From Solirubrobacterales bacterium (GTDB taxonomy: Bacteria > Actinomycetota > Thermoleophilia > Solirubrobacterales > 70-9): a stretch of 60,969 bases of DNA. The notes beneath the pieces were generated by a model. It was not told where the DNA came from. It ran no database searches and saw only the letters and a program-made list of their open reading frames with translations. Every line of letters starts with the position of its first letter. Position 1 is the first letter of the stretch. The DNA lies in assembly GCA_035266685.1 (NCBI GenBank), contig DATFMX010000018.1, positions 1-60,969 of the forward strand, written 5' to 3'. The position numbers and the translations under genes are program-made. Below, piece after piece: positions 52,183 to 60,821 of the stretch.

Positions 52183-52417
52183 GAGCGAGCCGGGTCAGCG
52201 CCTCCGCCTCGACCACCTCGAACTCGGTCCAGTCCTGCGAGCCGGCGGTGTTGGCGCGCGCCCTCGCCTTCGCCCCGACTCCGCGCTTCCGGCCCGAGAA
52301 CTCCCACTCGACCAGCCAGTGATCCGTGAACCGCTCGTGGTTGGCCAGCAGATCGAGGAACTCGTACACCTCCGACGGCGGCTTCGACACGGTGGCCTCG
52401 ACGGTGACCGGCTTCAT
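52183..52417 (-). pseudogene. N-terminal fragment of an SRPBCC (START/polyketide-cyclase-like) protein
   Basis: MKPVTVEATVSKPPSEVYEFLDLLANHERFTDHWLVEWEFSG...DWTEFEVVEAEA is SRPBCC-like. Beyond about 52185 the frame runs antisense through the well-supported NlpC/P60 C-terminus and becomes Arg/Ala/Gly junk. Confidence 0.4.
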
Positions 52418-52435
52418 CCCCGCGATCCTATTGAG

Positions 52436-52480
52436 CGCGGTAGAGCTTTGAATCGTATAGCGGTCGAAAGCTCTACCGCG
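52436..52480. repeat. 45-nt extended palindrome, copy 2 (compensatory stem variant)
   Basis: CGCGGTAGAGCTTT-GAATCGTATAGCGGTCG-AAAGCTCTACCGCG. Two stem positions differ from copies 1 and 3, and both partner bases changed too. Confidence 0.8.
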
Positions 52481-52482
52481 AC

Positions 52483-52614
52483 CTACAGGTGGGCGAAGAA
52501 CAGCGTGAGAAGGCCGATCAGGAGGCTGCCCATGAACGAGAGCAGGAGGTGCTGCCAGTGGTCGAACCCGTCGTCGAGCCTCTCGTCGGTCCAACTTTCT
52601 CTCATCTGCTCCAT
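52483..52614 (-). CDS. Possible 43-aa small membrane protein
   Basis: MEQMRESWTDERLDDGFDHWQHLLLSFMGSLLIGLLTLFFAHL* has one hydrophobic helix. Its stop lies 3 nt from palindrome copy 2. It is too short to support statistically. Confidence 0.3.
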   Translation of the reverse strand: MEQMRESWTDERLDDGFDHWQHLLLSFMGSLLIGLLTLFFAHL

Positions 52615-52819
52615 AATCGTACTGTAGACAGATCGATGCGCACGAGTGGCGCGCGCGATCTAAGAATTGCGCGCAGACTTCAGCGCGAAAGTGCATCGGC
52701 GAGGGGGGTGAGGGCCTCGGTCGCCTTTTCCGGGGGACCTCCGACCGCCCTGCGATGAAACGTCCGCGAAAGCCCATTCCAATCCGCGGGGTCATCTCGA
52801 AAACGGGTATTCATCGAGG

Positions 52820-54082
52820 ATGGGCCGGCTCTTCCTCTTCCTGCGCACATCCCTGCCGGCGCTCGGCGTCGCCGTCGCGATCGGGTTCTCGCTCGGCGGC
52901 TGCGGGGACGCCAGGCGGGCGCAGACGGCTCCCTCGCACCAGCCGGTGCGCTGCGGCAAGGGCGGCGCGCCGGTGCGGGCGGTGCGCTGCCTGCCGGCCG
53001 ACTTCCCGCCCTGGCGGTTCGAATCGCTGCGCCCGGCGCCCCCCGGCCTCTTCTCGGTCAGCCTCAACAGCCCGGCGGACGGGCGTCCCTGGATCGTCGT
53101 CTTCGACAGCAAGGGGGTTCCCCGCTGGTCCTACAGCCCCCCGACGAAAGCGCTGTGGGCGCAGGTGCTCGCAAACGGCACGATCGCCTGGCCGCGCTCG
53201 TTCGGCGACGGCTACGGGCTCGACCGCCGGATGGCCGACGAAATCCGCTCGCCGGACGGCAGGCTGCGGCGCCTGCTCCGGGCGAAGGGCTCGATCGTCG
53301 ACGGCCATGAGCTGCGCGAGCTCGCCAACGGCAACATCCTGATCGATTCCTACGTCCCCGAAACCGCCGACCTGAGGCGTTTCGGCGGCCCGGCGCGGGC
53401 GGCGATCGTCGCCGCCGAGATTCAGGAAATCGACCCGCGGGGCCGGGTGCGCTGGAGCTGGAGCTCACGCGGGCGGATCGGCCTCGGCGAGACCGGCCGC
53501 TGGTGGCACAACGTGTTGGCCAACTCGCGACCGCGCCTCGGCGGCCTGCGGGCATACGACCCGGTCCACATCAACTCGATCGAGCCGCGGGGGCGTGACG
53601 AAATCGTCATCTCGACCCGCCACACCGACGCCCTCTACGGGATCCGGCGCTCGACCGGCCGCATCGCCTGGAAGCTCGGCGGCACCCCGACCGCACAATC
53701 GCTGCGCGTCGTCGGCGACCCGGCGCGCAAGCTGCTCGGTGGCCAGCACGACGCCCGCATCGCCGCCAACGGCGACCTCAGCGTCTTCGACAACGGCAAG
53801 GACCGGCCGCGGCGCCCCCGCGTCGTCTTCTACAAGCTCGACCTGAAACGGCGCGAGGCGATCTACCGCGGTCAACTCAACGACTCCGAGGTGCGCCGCA
53901 GCCACTGCTGCGGGTCGGCGCGCCAGCTGCCCGACGGGGGCTGGCTCGTCAGCTGGGGCGACAACCCGCTGATCACCGAGTTCGACCCACAGGGCAGGAT
54001 CGACTTCCGCCTCCACCTCGCGGCACCGAGCTTTCGTGCCGTGCCGGTTCCCCCCTCTGCGGAAGCTCGGCTGCTACGGTGA
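52820..54082 (+). CDS. Arylsulfotransferase (ASST)-family beta-propeller lipoprotein
   Basis: The lipobox is AIGFSLGGC. ASST-like blocks are GHELRELANGNILIDSY, DPVHINSIEPRGRDEIVISTRHTDALYGIRRSTGRIAWKLGG and GGQHDARIAANGDLSVFDNG. Confidence 0.65.
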   Translation: MGRLFLFLRTSLPALGVAVAIGFSLGGCGDARRAQTAPSHQPVRCGKGGAPVRAVRCLPADFPPWRFESLRPAPPGLFSVSLNSPADGRPWIVVFDSKGVPRWSYSPPTKALWAQVLANGTIAWPRSFGDGYGLDRRMADEIRSPDGRLRRLLRAKGSIVDGHELRELANGNILIDSYVPETADLRRFGGPARAAIVAAEIQEIDPRGRVRWSWSSRGRIGLGETGRWWHNVLANSRPRLGGLRAYDPVHINSIEPRGRDEIVISTRHTDALYGIRRSTGRIAWKLGGTPTAQSLRVVGDPARKLLGGQHDARIAANGDLSVFDNGKDRPRRPRVVFYKLDLKRREAIYRGQLNDSEVRRSHCCGSARQLPDGGWLVSWGDNPLITEFDPQGRIDFRLHLAAPSFRAVPVPPSAEARLLR

Positions 54083-54196
54083 CCGGGTCGGGTTTGGCAC
54101 AAGGCCGCCCGAGAGGTTCCGTTTCCTCCGTGCGCTGAGCTTGCGAATAGGGGTCGCTGGATCTCCCCCATTCGCTCGAAAAGGAGCTCATCACAC

Positions 54197-55399
54197 ATGT
54201 CGTTCGCCGAACTCGGCGTATCCAAGAACGTCGTGCGCGCGCTTTCGCAGCGCGGCATCGACCAACCCTTCCCCGTCCAGCAGATGGTCATCCGCGATGC
54301 GCTCGCGGGCCGCGATCTGCTGGTCCAGTCCCCCACCGGCTCCGGCAAGACGCTGGCCTTCGGCGTACCGCTGGTCGAGCTGCTCGAGCCTGGGGCGAAA
54401 GGCCCCACGGCGCTCGTGCTCGCGCCGACCCGCGAGCTGGCGAGCCAGATCGTCGACGAGCTCGCGTCGATCACCGAGGCGCGCCGGCTGCGGATCGCCG
54501 CCGTCTACGGCGGCGTCGGTTTCGGCCCGCAGAGCGCCGCGGCGAAGCGCGCCGACATCGTCGTCGCCACCCCGGGCAGGCTCGAGGACCTGATCGCCCG
54601 CGGCACGCTCTCGCTCGACCGCGTCCGCATCCTCGTCCTCGACGAGGCCGACCGGATGCTCGACATGGGTTTCAAGCCCGCCGTCGACCGGATCGTCCAG
54701 CAGACCCCACCGGCCCGCCAGACGCTCTTCTTCTCGGCGACCCTGGAGGGCGCGACCGGCAAGATCGCCGCCGCCTACACGCGCGAGCCGCGCCGTCACA
54801 CCCGTGAGGCCGACCCAGCCGCGACGGCCGACATCGAGCACCGCTTCCTCCACGTCGACTCCCAGAGCGCCAAGCTCGATCATCTGGTCGAGCAGCTTCG
54901 CTCCGCCGACGGCGGGCGCACGCTGGTCTTCGTCCGCACCAAGCGCGGCGCCGACCGCCTGGTCAAGCGCCTGCGCAACCAGCAGGTCGAGGCCGCCGCG
55001 ATGCACGGCGACAAAAGCCAGGGCCAGCGCGAACGCGCCCTCGCCCGCTTCGAGCGGGGCGACGTCGACGCCCTCGTCGCGACCGATGTCGCGGCCCGCG
55101 GGATCGACGTCGACGGGATCACGCAGGTGGTCAACTTCGACGCCCCCGGCGACCGCGACGCCTACGTACACCGGGTCGGGCGGACCGGGCGCGCGGGACG
55201 GAGCGGCACCGGGATCAGCTTCGTTCTTGCCGACCAGGCGGACGAAGTGCGCAAGATGGCCGTCGCGCTCGACCTCGCGCGCGAGTTCGACCACGGTCGC
55301 GGCGACCGGCCGCGCGTCGAGTCGCAGGGGCAGAACCGGCGTCCACCGGGATCGGGACGCTCGCGCCGGCGCCGCCGCCGGCCCAAGGCTGCGCGATGA
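54197..55399 (+). CDS. DEAD-box ATP-dependent RNA helicase
   Basis: The Q motif is GIDQPFPVQQ. Also present are SPTGSGKTLAF (motif I), PTRELA, VLDEADRMLD (DEAD), SAT and HRVGRTGRAG (motif VI), followed by an Arg-rich tail. An AAGGAG lies 10 nt upstream. Confidence 0.9.
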   Translation: MSFAELGVSKNVVRALSQRGIDQPFPVQQMVIRDALAGRDLLVQSPTGSGKTLAFGVPLVELLEPGAKGPTALVLAPTRELASQIVDELASITEARRLRIAAVYGGVGFGPQSAAAKRADIVVATPGRLEDLIARGTLSLDRVRILVLDEADRMLDMGFKPAVDRIVQQTPPARQTLFFSATLEGATGKIAAAYTREPRRHTREADPAATADIEHRFLHVDSQSAKLDHLVEQLRSADGGRTLVFVRTKRGADRLVKRLRNQQVEAAAMHGDKSQGQRERALARFERGDVDALVATDVAARGIDVDGITQVVNFDAPGDRDAYVHRVGRTGRAGRSGTGISFVLADQADEVRKMAVALDLAREFDHGRGDRPRVESQGQNRRPPGSGRSRRRRRRPKAAR

Positions 55400-55441
55400 A
55401 CGCCGCCACGCGTCGGGCCGCGGCCTGCCGATAGGAGAGAT

Positions 55442-56299
55442 GTGGAGTTCGGCATCGCACTCGCCCTCGTCGCCGCCCTGATGACGAACCTCGCCTCGCT
55501 GCTCAAGCACCGGGGCTGCCACAGGGTCGAGCCGATCCGCATCCAGCAGCCGCTGCGCAGCGCCCGCACGCTTGCCGGCTCGCGCTGGTTCGCGGCGGGC
55601 TGGGGGCTGGCGGCGCTGGCCTGGCTGGTCCACGTCGCTGCGCTCTCGCTGGCGCCGATCTCACTCGTGCAGGCGGTGCTGGCCGGCGGCGCGGTGACGC
55701 TGGCGGTGCTCTCACAGCGGCTCTTCGGCGACCCGGTCGAGCGCCAGCAGTGGCTGGCGCTGCTGCTCGGCGGCTGCGGCCTGGCGCTGCTCGCGCTGAC
55801 CCTGCCCTCGCTGCACGGCAGCGACTCCGCCTTCTCGACCGGGGCGATCCTCGGCTTCGAGGGAGGCCTGGCGCTGCTCGCCAGCGGCCTCGCCCTCGGC
55901 CACCGCTCTCCACGCCTGGCCGCCCGCCGCGGCGTGCTGCTCGCCGCGCTCGCCGGCATCCTGATCGCCTTCGCCGGGGTCGCGATCAAGGGGCTGCTCG
56001 GCGCCGGCGGGGTCTCGCTCGCCGTGCTCGGGCCCTGGATCGCGCTGACCGTCGTCTGCGGCGCCCTCGCCCAGTACGCGACCGTCGGCGCGCTGCAGAA
56101 AGGCCAGGCGGTCGAGACGATCGGCCTGATCGGCCTGGTCGCCAACGCGACCCAGATCGCCGGCGGCGTGCTCGTCTTCGGCGACCCGCTCGCCGCCGAC
56201 CCGCTCGGCCTCGTGCTGCAGGCGACGGCCTTCGCGATGGTCTGCGGCTCGGCCCTGCTGCTGCCCTCGCGGCAGGCCGCGCGCCTCACGCCCGCCTGA
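55442..56299 (+). CDS. Polytopic membrane protein (DMT/EamA- or NIPA-like)
   Basis: About 9 hydrophobic helices in 285 aa. The GTG start is preceded by AGGAGAG. The family call is tentative. Confidence 0.5.
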   Translation: MEFGIALALVAALMTNLASLLKHRGCHRVEPIRIQQPLRSARTLAGSRWFAAGWGLAALAWLVHVAALSLAPISLVQAVLAGGAVTLAVLSQRLFGDPVERQQWLALLLGGCGLALLALTLPSLHGSDSAFSTGAILGFEGGLALLASGLALGHRSPRLAARRGVLLAALAGILIAFAGVAIKGLLGAGGVSLAVLGPWIALTVVCGALAQYATVGALQKGQAVETIGLIGLVANATQIAGGVLVFGDPLAADPLGLVLQATAFAMVCGSALLLPSRQAARLTPA

Positions 56300-56311
56300 G
56301 GCAGGCGGGCG
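56289..56311 (+). terminator. GC-rich hairpin overlapping the stop codon of the membrane-protein gene
   Basis: CGCCCGCCTG-agg-CAGGCGGGCG is a 10-bp perfect stem that includes TGA 56297..56299. No U-tract follows. Confidence 0.4.
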
Positions 56312-56337
56312 GTCCCCGCTAGTAACGTGCCGCGCGC

Positions 56338-58104
56338 ATGTCCGATGCCGAACGTTCACGCGGGGCAGGCCCGCGGCGCGCACTCGCCCTCTGCCTCGCG
56401 CTCGCCTGCCTGAGCGGCCTGCTGCTCGCGCCGGCGGCGATTGCCGCGGACCCGCCACAAGCCGCGGCGGTCAAGGTCGGCCGGGTGCGGATGAGCGCGC
56501 CGGTAGGCGGGCGCGCCTCGCTGCTCGTTCCGGTGCGCTACCCGGTCCAGCTGCTCGGGCAGCCGGTCGAGCTGCGGCTCACCCTGCGCCGGCCGGGGCG
56601 CGGCGGCGCGATCCGCGCCTGGCGCCTGCGCGCCCGGGCGAACGGCGGCGAACTGCGCCGCCCCGAGCGCCGCAACCGCTTCACCTTCGTCCACCGCATC
56701 GGGCTGGGACCGGCGCTGACGCGGCAGCTCGAACTCGGCGTCGGAACCGGCCGCCACCGCGGCCGGGCGCGACCGCTCGTACAGGTCGACGCCGCTGCGG
56801 TGCTCGACATCAACCGCGACGGCACGCCGGAGCTCGATGCCCCGGTGCGCGAGCTGCAGACGCTGCCCCGCGGCTTCGCCGGCAGGCGGCTCTGCAGCAG
56901 CCCGCCACTCCGCCACGCCCGTCCCGGCATGCGGGTCGTCCTGCCGCTGCCCCACTGCGGCAGGCCGGTGCGCTGGCGGATCGCCCGGCGGCCGACCAAC
57001 GGCTCCGCCCGGATCCGCGGCGGGCGGCTGATCTACCGCTCGGCGCAGCGGTTCCGCGGAGCCGACTCGGTCAGGTTGCGCCAGCGCCGCGGTCGTGGCG
57101 CGCGCAGCTCGGCGCGCCCCCGCTCGGCGCCGGTCGAGATCAGGGTGCTGAGCCACACCGGCCCGGTCGTCCGCGCGATCGGCGACTCGGTCACCGCCGG
57201 CTTCGGCTACTACGACGACGGCTCGCTGATGCCGTTCACCAGCCTGCTCTGGTGCAAGCCGGCGGAAAAGTTCTTCGACGACTCCTGCTCGTCGAACTCG
57301 GCCAGTCGCAGCAACGAAGAAACCGAAGTCCGCTACGCCCCCGACTACGGCCTCTCCAACAACGTCTCCTGGGCGGCGCAGTGGTCGAACGAACACGGCG
57401 TGACCGACTACGAGAACCTCGCGGTCAGCGGCTCCGAACCGAAGACCTGGCTGCCCGGCGGCCAGCTCTACTCGACGCTGAAGCAGATGGAGGCCGAAGA
57501 ACCGGACTACGTGCTGATGACGATGGGCGCCAACCCGCTGCTCTCCGAAATGCTCTTCGGCATCGACAACATGGGCTGCGCGATCTGGTCCGACCTCTTC
57601 GGCCACTACCGCGACTGCATCGAGGAAGCCTTCGAGGGCGTGCAGCTGCGGGCGCGCCTCAAGCAGCTCTACGAAGACCTCGTCGCCAACACCGAAGCGA
57701 CGATCTACCTGATGCAGTACCACCTCTCGATCCCCTCCTCCGCGCTCGCCTACAGCGTCGACCAGATTGCCGAGATGGGAGGGCTGCTGAACGAAGAAAT
57801 CGCCTCGGTGGCGACCGAAGTCGGCTCGCCGCAGCTGCATGTGGTGACGCCGCCGCACTTCCCGGTCGGCATCGACATCTCGCCGCTCTACCCGTCGAAC
57901 TACTCCTGCTCGCACCTCGGCTACGAGGTCGACGGCCCCAGCGTGCAGTCGACGCCGGCGCAGGACGAGCTGTTGGCCGCCCACCCGCTGTCCTTCTGCT
58001 CGGGGCCGATCGACGGCCCGCCGTGGGTGATCAGCGGCGACACCGGCATCCACCCCAGCGCCGCCGGCTACACCCAGATGGCCTCACAGGTCCCGCCGCC
58101 CTGA
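56338..58104 (+). CDS. Secreted SGNH/GDSL hydrolase with an Arg-rich N-terminal beta-rich region
   Basis: The signal peptide is LCLALACLSGLLLAPAAIAA. Residues about 40-270 are Arg-rich. The SGNH block I is VVRAIGDSVTAGFGY. Later segments are LAVSGSE, MTMGANP and HPSAAGY. Confidence 0.75.
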   Translation: MSDAERSRGAGPRRALALCLALACLSGLLLAPAAIAADPPQAAAVKVGRVRMSAPVGGRASLLVPVRYPVQLLGQPVELRLTLRRPGRGGAIRAWRLRARANGGELRRPERRNRFTFVHRIGLGPALTRQLELGVGTGRHRGRARPLVQVDAAAVLDINRDGTPELDAPVRELQTLPRGFAGRRLCSSPPLRHARPGMRVVLPLPHCGRPVRWRIARRPTNGSARIRGGRLIYRSAQRFRGADSVRLRQRRGRGARSSARPRSAPVEIRVLSHTGPVVRAIGDSVTAGFGYYDDGSLMPFTSLLWCKPAEKFFDDSCSSNSASRSNEETEVRYAPDYGLSNNVSWAAQWSNEHGVTDYENLAVSGSEPKTWLPGGQLYSTLKQMEAEEPDYVLMTMGANPLLSEMLFGIDNMGCAIWSDLFGHYRDCIEEAFEGVQLRARLKQLYEDLVANTEATIYLMQYHLSIPSSALAYSVDQIAEMGGLLNEEIASVATEVGSPQLHVVTPPHFPVGIDISPLYPSNYSCSHLGYEVDGPSVQSTPAQDELLAAHPLSFCSGPIDGPPWVISGDTGIHPSAAGYTQMASQVPPP

Positions 58105-58114
58105 TTTCACCCAC

Positions 58115-58159
58115 CGCGGTCGAGGTTTGATCCGCTATGCGGTCGAAACCTCGACCGCG
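58115..58159. repeat. 45-nt extended palindrome, copy 3 (11 nt after the SGNH gene stop)
   Basis: CGCGGTCGAGGTTT-GATCCGCTATGCGGTCG-AAACCTCGACCGCG. The stem is identical to copy 1. Confidence 0.8.
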
Positions 58160-58216
58160 CCGCCCGCGCTGCCGTTTTGGGAGGAGCCGGCTTTAGTCGA
58201 GTATCCTTTAGCGCCA

Positions 58217-58807
58217 ATGGCGCGGACGACGTTCATCACGCTCGGCCCGACCGGGACCTGCCACGAGCGGGCGGTCCGGCGCTATGCCGAGTTCCAGGGG
58301 GTCGAGGACTACGCGATCGAGCTGATCGTCGACTTCTTCGACGGGCTGGAGATGCTGCGCGAGACGCCCGGCGCCTTCCTCGTCCAGTGCAGCGCCCACC
58401 CGAAGGTGCATGAGATCACCGAGAAGTACTGGACCGAGGTCTGGGTCGTCGACACCTTCATCTACCCGACCAAGCACCTGGTGCTGCTCAGCCGCGCCGA
58501 CGTCGACCGGCCGCGCTCGCTGGGGATCGTCCCGGCGACCAAGGGCTACATCGACCTCTCCGGCTGGCAGGAGGTGATCGACGTCGCCTCCAAGCCGCTC
58601 GTCGCCGAGGGCCTGATGCGCGGCGACTACGACTCCGGCCTGACTCACATGGAGCATGTCGAGGAGCACGCGGACGAGCTGCGGCTCGACCTCGACATCG
58701 GCGAAATCGACACCACCTGGGTCGTCTACGGGCGCGAGAAGCGCTTTGCCGGCGAGCTGATCGGCATCCCCTCGGCCGAGCTCTTCGGCTCGATGTCACG
58801 CGCGTAG
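58217..58807 (+). CDS. Prephenate-dehydratase-like (PDT / PBP type 2 fold) protein without an ACT domain
   Basis: The start is set at MARTTFITLGPTGTCHERAV (ATG 58217). The ORF-track start 58127 lies inside palindrome copy 3. TFITLGPTGT..., VVDTFIYPTKHLVLL and IGEIDTTWVVYGRE loosely parallel PDT-domain blocks. The call is weak. Confidence 0.35.
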   Translation: MARTTFITLGPTGTCHERAVRRYAEFQGVEDYAIELIVDFFDGLEMLRETPGAFLVQCSAHPKVHEITEKYWTEVWVVDTFIYPTKHLVLLSRADVDRPRSLGIVPATKGYIDLSGWQEVIDVASKPLVAEGLMRGDYDSGLTHMEHVEEHADELRLDLDIGEIDTTWVVYGREKRFAGELIGIPSAELFGSMSRA

Positions 58808-58866
58808 GGCGCCGATCGTCTCCTTGGTGGAGACTGAAGGGCGATCCGAACGGAGGTGGTCGTGGC

Positions 58867-59625
58867 ATGAAGGTGGCCGTTGCCGGCGGGACCGGCACCC
58901 TGGGGACGCCGCTGGTGGCAGAGCTGGCGCGGCGCGGCGACGAGGTGGTGGCACTGAGCCGCACCGCCCCCGGCAACCTGCCCGCGGGCGTCGCCCACCG
59001 GCGGGTCGACCTGGCGGGCGGCGAGGGGCTCGCGGAGGCGCTGGCCGGGGTCGAGGTCCTGGTCGACGCGGCCAACACCTCGCCGAGCAGGGGAGACGAG
59101 CTGGTCGCGATCACCCGGCGGCTGCTCGACGCGGCGGCCGAGGCGGGCGTGCGCCACTACGTCGGCGTCTCGATCCTCGGCTGCGACCGCGTGCCGATGC
59201 CGTACTACAAGGCCAAGCTGGCGCAGGAGGAGGCGATCGCCGCGGGGCGGGTGCCCTGGAGCCTGCTGCGGGCGAGCCAGTTCCACGACCTGCTCGACTG
59301 GGCCTTCGGCGCCGCGGCGCGGCGGCGGCTGCTGCCGACCGGCAGCGCCCGCCTGCAGCCGGTCGATGTGCGGGTCGTCGCCGCGCGCCTGGCTGAGGCC
59401 GCGCGGGCCGAGCCGGCCGGCCGCCTACCCGACGTCGCGGGCCCGGAGGTCCGCACGCTGAGCGAGCTGGCGCACGCCTGGCGCGCGGCCCGCGGGCGGC
59501 GCCTGCTGCCGCTGCGCATCCCGATGGCCGGCCGGATCGGCCGTCCGCTGCGCGAAGCGGCGCTCTGCAACCCGGCCGCGGCGGCCGGCGGTCCGACCTT
59601 CGAACGCTGGCTCGCCGATGGATGA
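58867..59625 (+). CDS. NAD(P)-binding NmrA/SDR-like protein
   Basis: MKVAVAGGTGTLGTPLVAELARRGDEVVALSR is a Rossmann GxxGxxG segment. Confidence 0.8.
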   Translation: MKVAVAGGTGTLGTPLVAELARRGDEVVALSRTAPGNLPAGVAHRRVDLAGGEGLAEALAGVEVLVDAANTSPSRGDELVAITRRLLDAAAEAGVRHYVGVSILGCDRVPMPYYKAKLAQEEAIAAGRVPWSLLRASQFHDLLDWAFGAAARRRLLPTGSARLQPVDVRVVAARLAEAARAEPAGRLPDVAGPEVRTLSELAHAWRAARGRRLLPLRIPMAGRIGRPLREAALCNPAAAAGGPTFERWLADG

Positions 59626-60364
59626 CCTCGCGACCGCCTTCGAGCAGCTGCGCCCGCAGCTGCTGCGGGTCGCCTACGGCACGCTGGGCAGCCTCGCCGA
59701 AGCCGAGGACGTCGTGCAGGACGCCTGGCTGCGGCTGGAGCGCGCCGCCCCGGAGGAGATCGAGGACCTGCGCGCCTGGCTGACCACGGTCGTCGCGCGG
59801 CTCTCGCTCGACGCGCTGAAGGCGGCGCGTCGCAAGCGCGAGGAGTACGTCGGCCAGTGGCTGCCCGAGCCGATCGTCGAGCGGCTCGGCGAGGGCGACC
59901 CCGCCGACCGGGTCACCCTCGACGAGTCGGTGGCGACCGCGCTGCTGGTCGTGCTCGAGCGCCTCTCGCCGGCCGAGCGCACCGCCTACCTGCTGCACGA
60001 CATGTTCGGCCTGGCCTTCGTCGAAGCCTGCGGGATGGGCGACCTCGATCGGCTGATGGAGGTGCTCGACCCCGAGGTGGTCTTCCGCTCCGACGGCGGC
60101 GGTCATGTCCCCGCCTCACGCTTCCCGCTCGAAGGCGCCGAGCGGGTGGCGCGGGCGCTGCTGGCGCTCGAACGCACGCGCCGGCGCGACGGCCGCGAGA
60201 TGCGCGGGGCGCCCGGCGCCGTCAACGGGCAGCTCGGCTTCGTCTACTTCGAAGGCAGGCACCTCAACGTGCTCTCGTTCACGATCGACGCCGGGCGGAT
60301 CGTCGCGCTCGACGTCGTCCGCAACCCGGAGAAGCTGCGCCACGTGCGGCTGCCCGACCGATGA
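59618..60364 (+). CDS. ECF sigma factor of the SigJ/ECF41 type (SnoaL-like C-terminal domain), apparently missing region 4.2
   Basis: Sigma-2 is LRVAYGTLGSLAEAEDVVQDAWLRL. The start of sigma-4 is LERLSPAERTAYLLHDMFGLAF, which joins directly to VEACGMGDLDRLMEVLDPEVVFRSDGGG (SnoaL-like). At 248 aa it is shorter than the roughly 290-310 aa I recall for this family. Confidence 0.75.
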   Translation: MDDLATAFEQLRPQLLRVAYGTLGSLAEAEDVVQDAWLRLERAAPEEIEDLRAWLTTVVARLSLDALKAARRKREEYVGQWLPEPIVERLGEGDPADRVTLDESVATALLVVLERLSPAERTAYLLHDMFGLAFVEACGMGDLDRLMEVLDPEVVFRSDGGGHVPASRFPLEGAERVARALLALERTRRRDGREMRGAPGAVNGQLGFVYFEGRHLNVLSFTIDAGRIVALDVVRNPEKLRHVRLPDR

Positions 60365-60765
60365 GGTCACCGGCCGTCGCCCGCGCGGCGCTTACGATCC
60401 TGCTGCTGTCCGCGGCCTCGATCGGGCTCACGGCGACGCTGGCGCCGCACGCCTTCTACGACGACTTCCCCTTCCTCCGCCACTGGGTCGACCTGCTGCC
60501 CCCGTACAACGAGCACCTGGTCACCGACGTCGGCGGCCTCTACCTCGGCTTCGCCCTGCTCTTCGCCTGGGCGGCGTGGACCCTGCAGGCGACTCTCGTC
60601 CGCGCCGTCTGCGCGGCCTGGCTGCTGACCGCGGCGATCCACCTGGTCTTCCACGCCACCCACCTCGACCACTTCTCGACCGCCGACGCGACCGCCGAGC
60701 TCGCCTCGCTCGCCTTCCTGCTGATCCCGCCGCCGCTCGCGGTCTGGGCGGTCGGCGAGCAGTGA
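60361..60765 (+). CDS. Small integral membrane protein (4 predicted helices)
   Basis: ATG 60361 overlaps the sigma-factor TGA (ATGA). Sequence is MRSPAVARAALTILLLSAASIGL...GGLYLGFALLFAWAAW...AAWLLTAAIHLVFHATH...LASLAFLLIPPPLAVWAV. Confidence 0.55.
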   Translation: MRSPAVARAALTILLLSAASIGLTATLAPHAFYDDFPFLRHWVDLLPPYNEHLVTDVGGLYLGFALLFAWAAWTLQATLVRAVCAAWLLTAAIHLVFHATHLDHFSTADATAELASLAFLLIPPPLAVWAVGEQ

Positions 60766-60821
60766 AAGCCCTCTCAACCTTCGCTTAGGCAGGGTTTACG
60801 CCCCGCCCGGATGCTGCCGCC

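Noticed and set aside
58127-58216. The ORF-track start (TTG 58127) for the PDT-like gene.
   Set aside because: The TTG and the first 11 codons lie inside palindrome copy 3. The first convincing protein sequence starts at ATG 58217.
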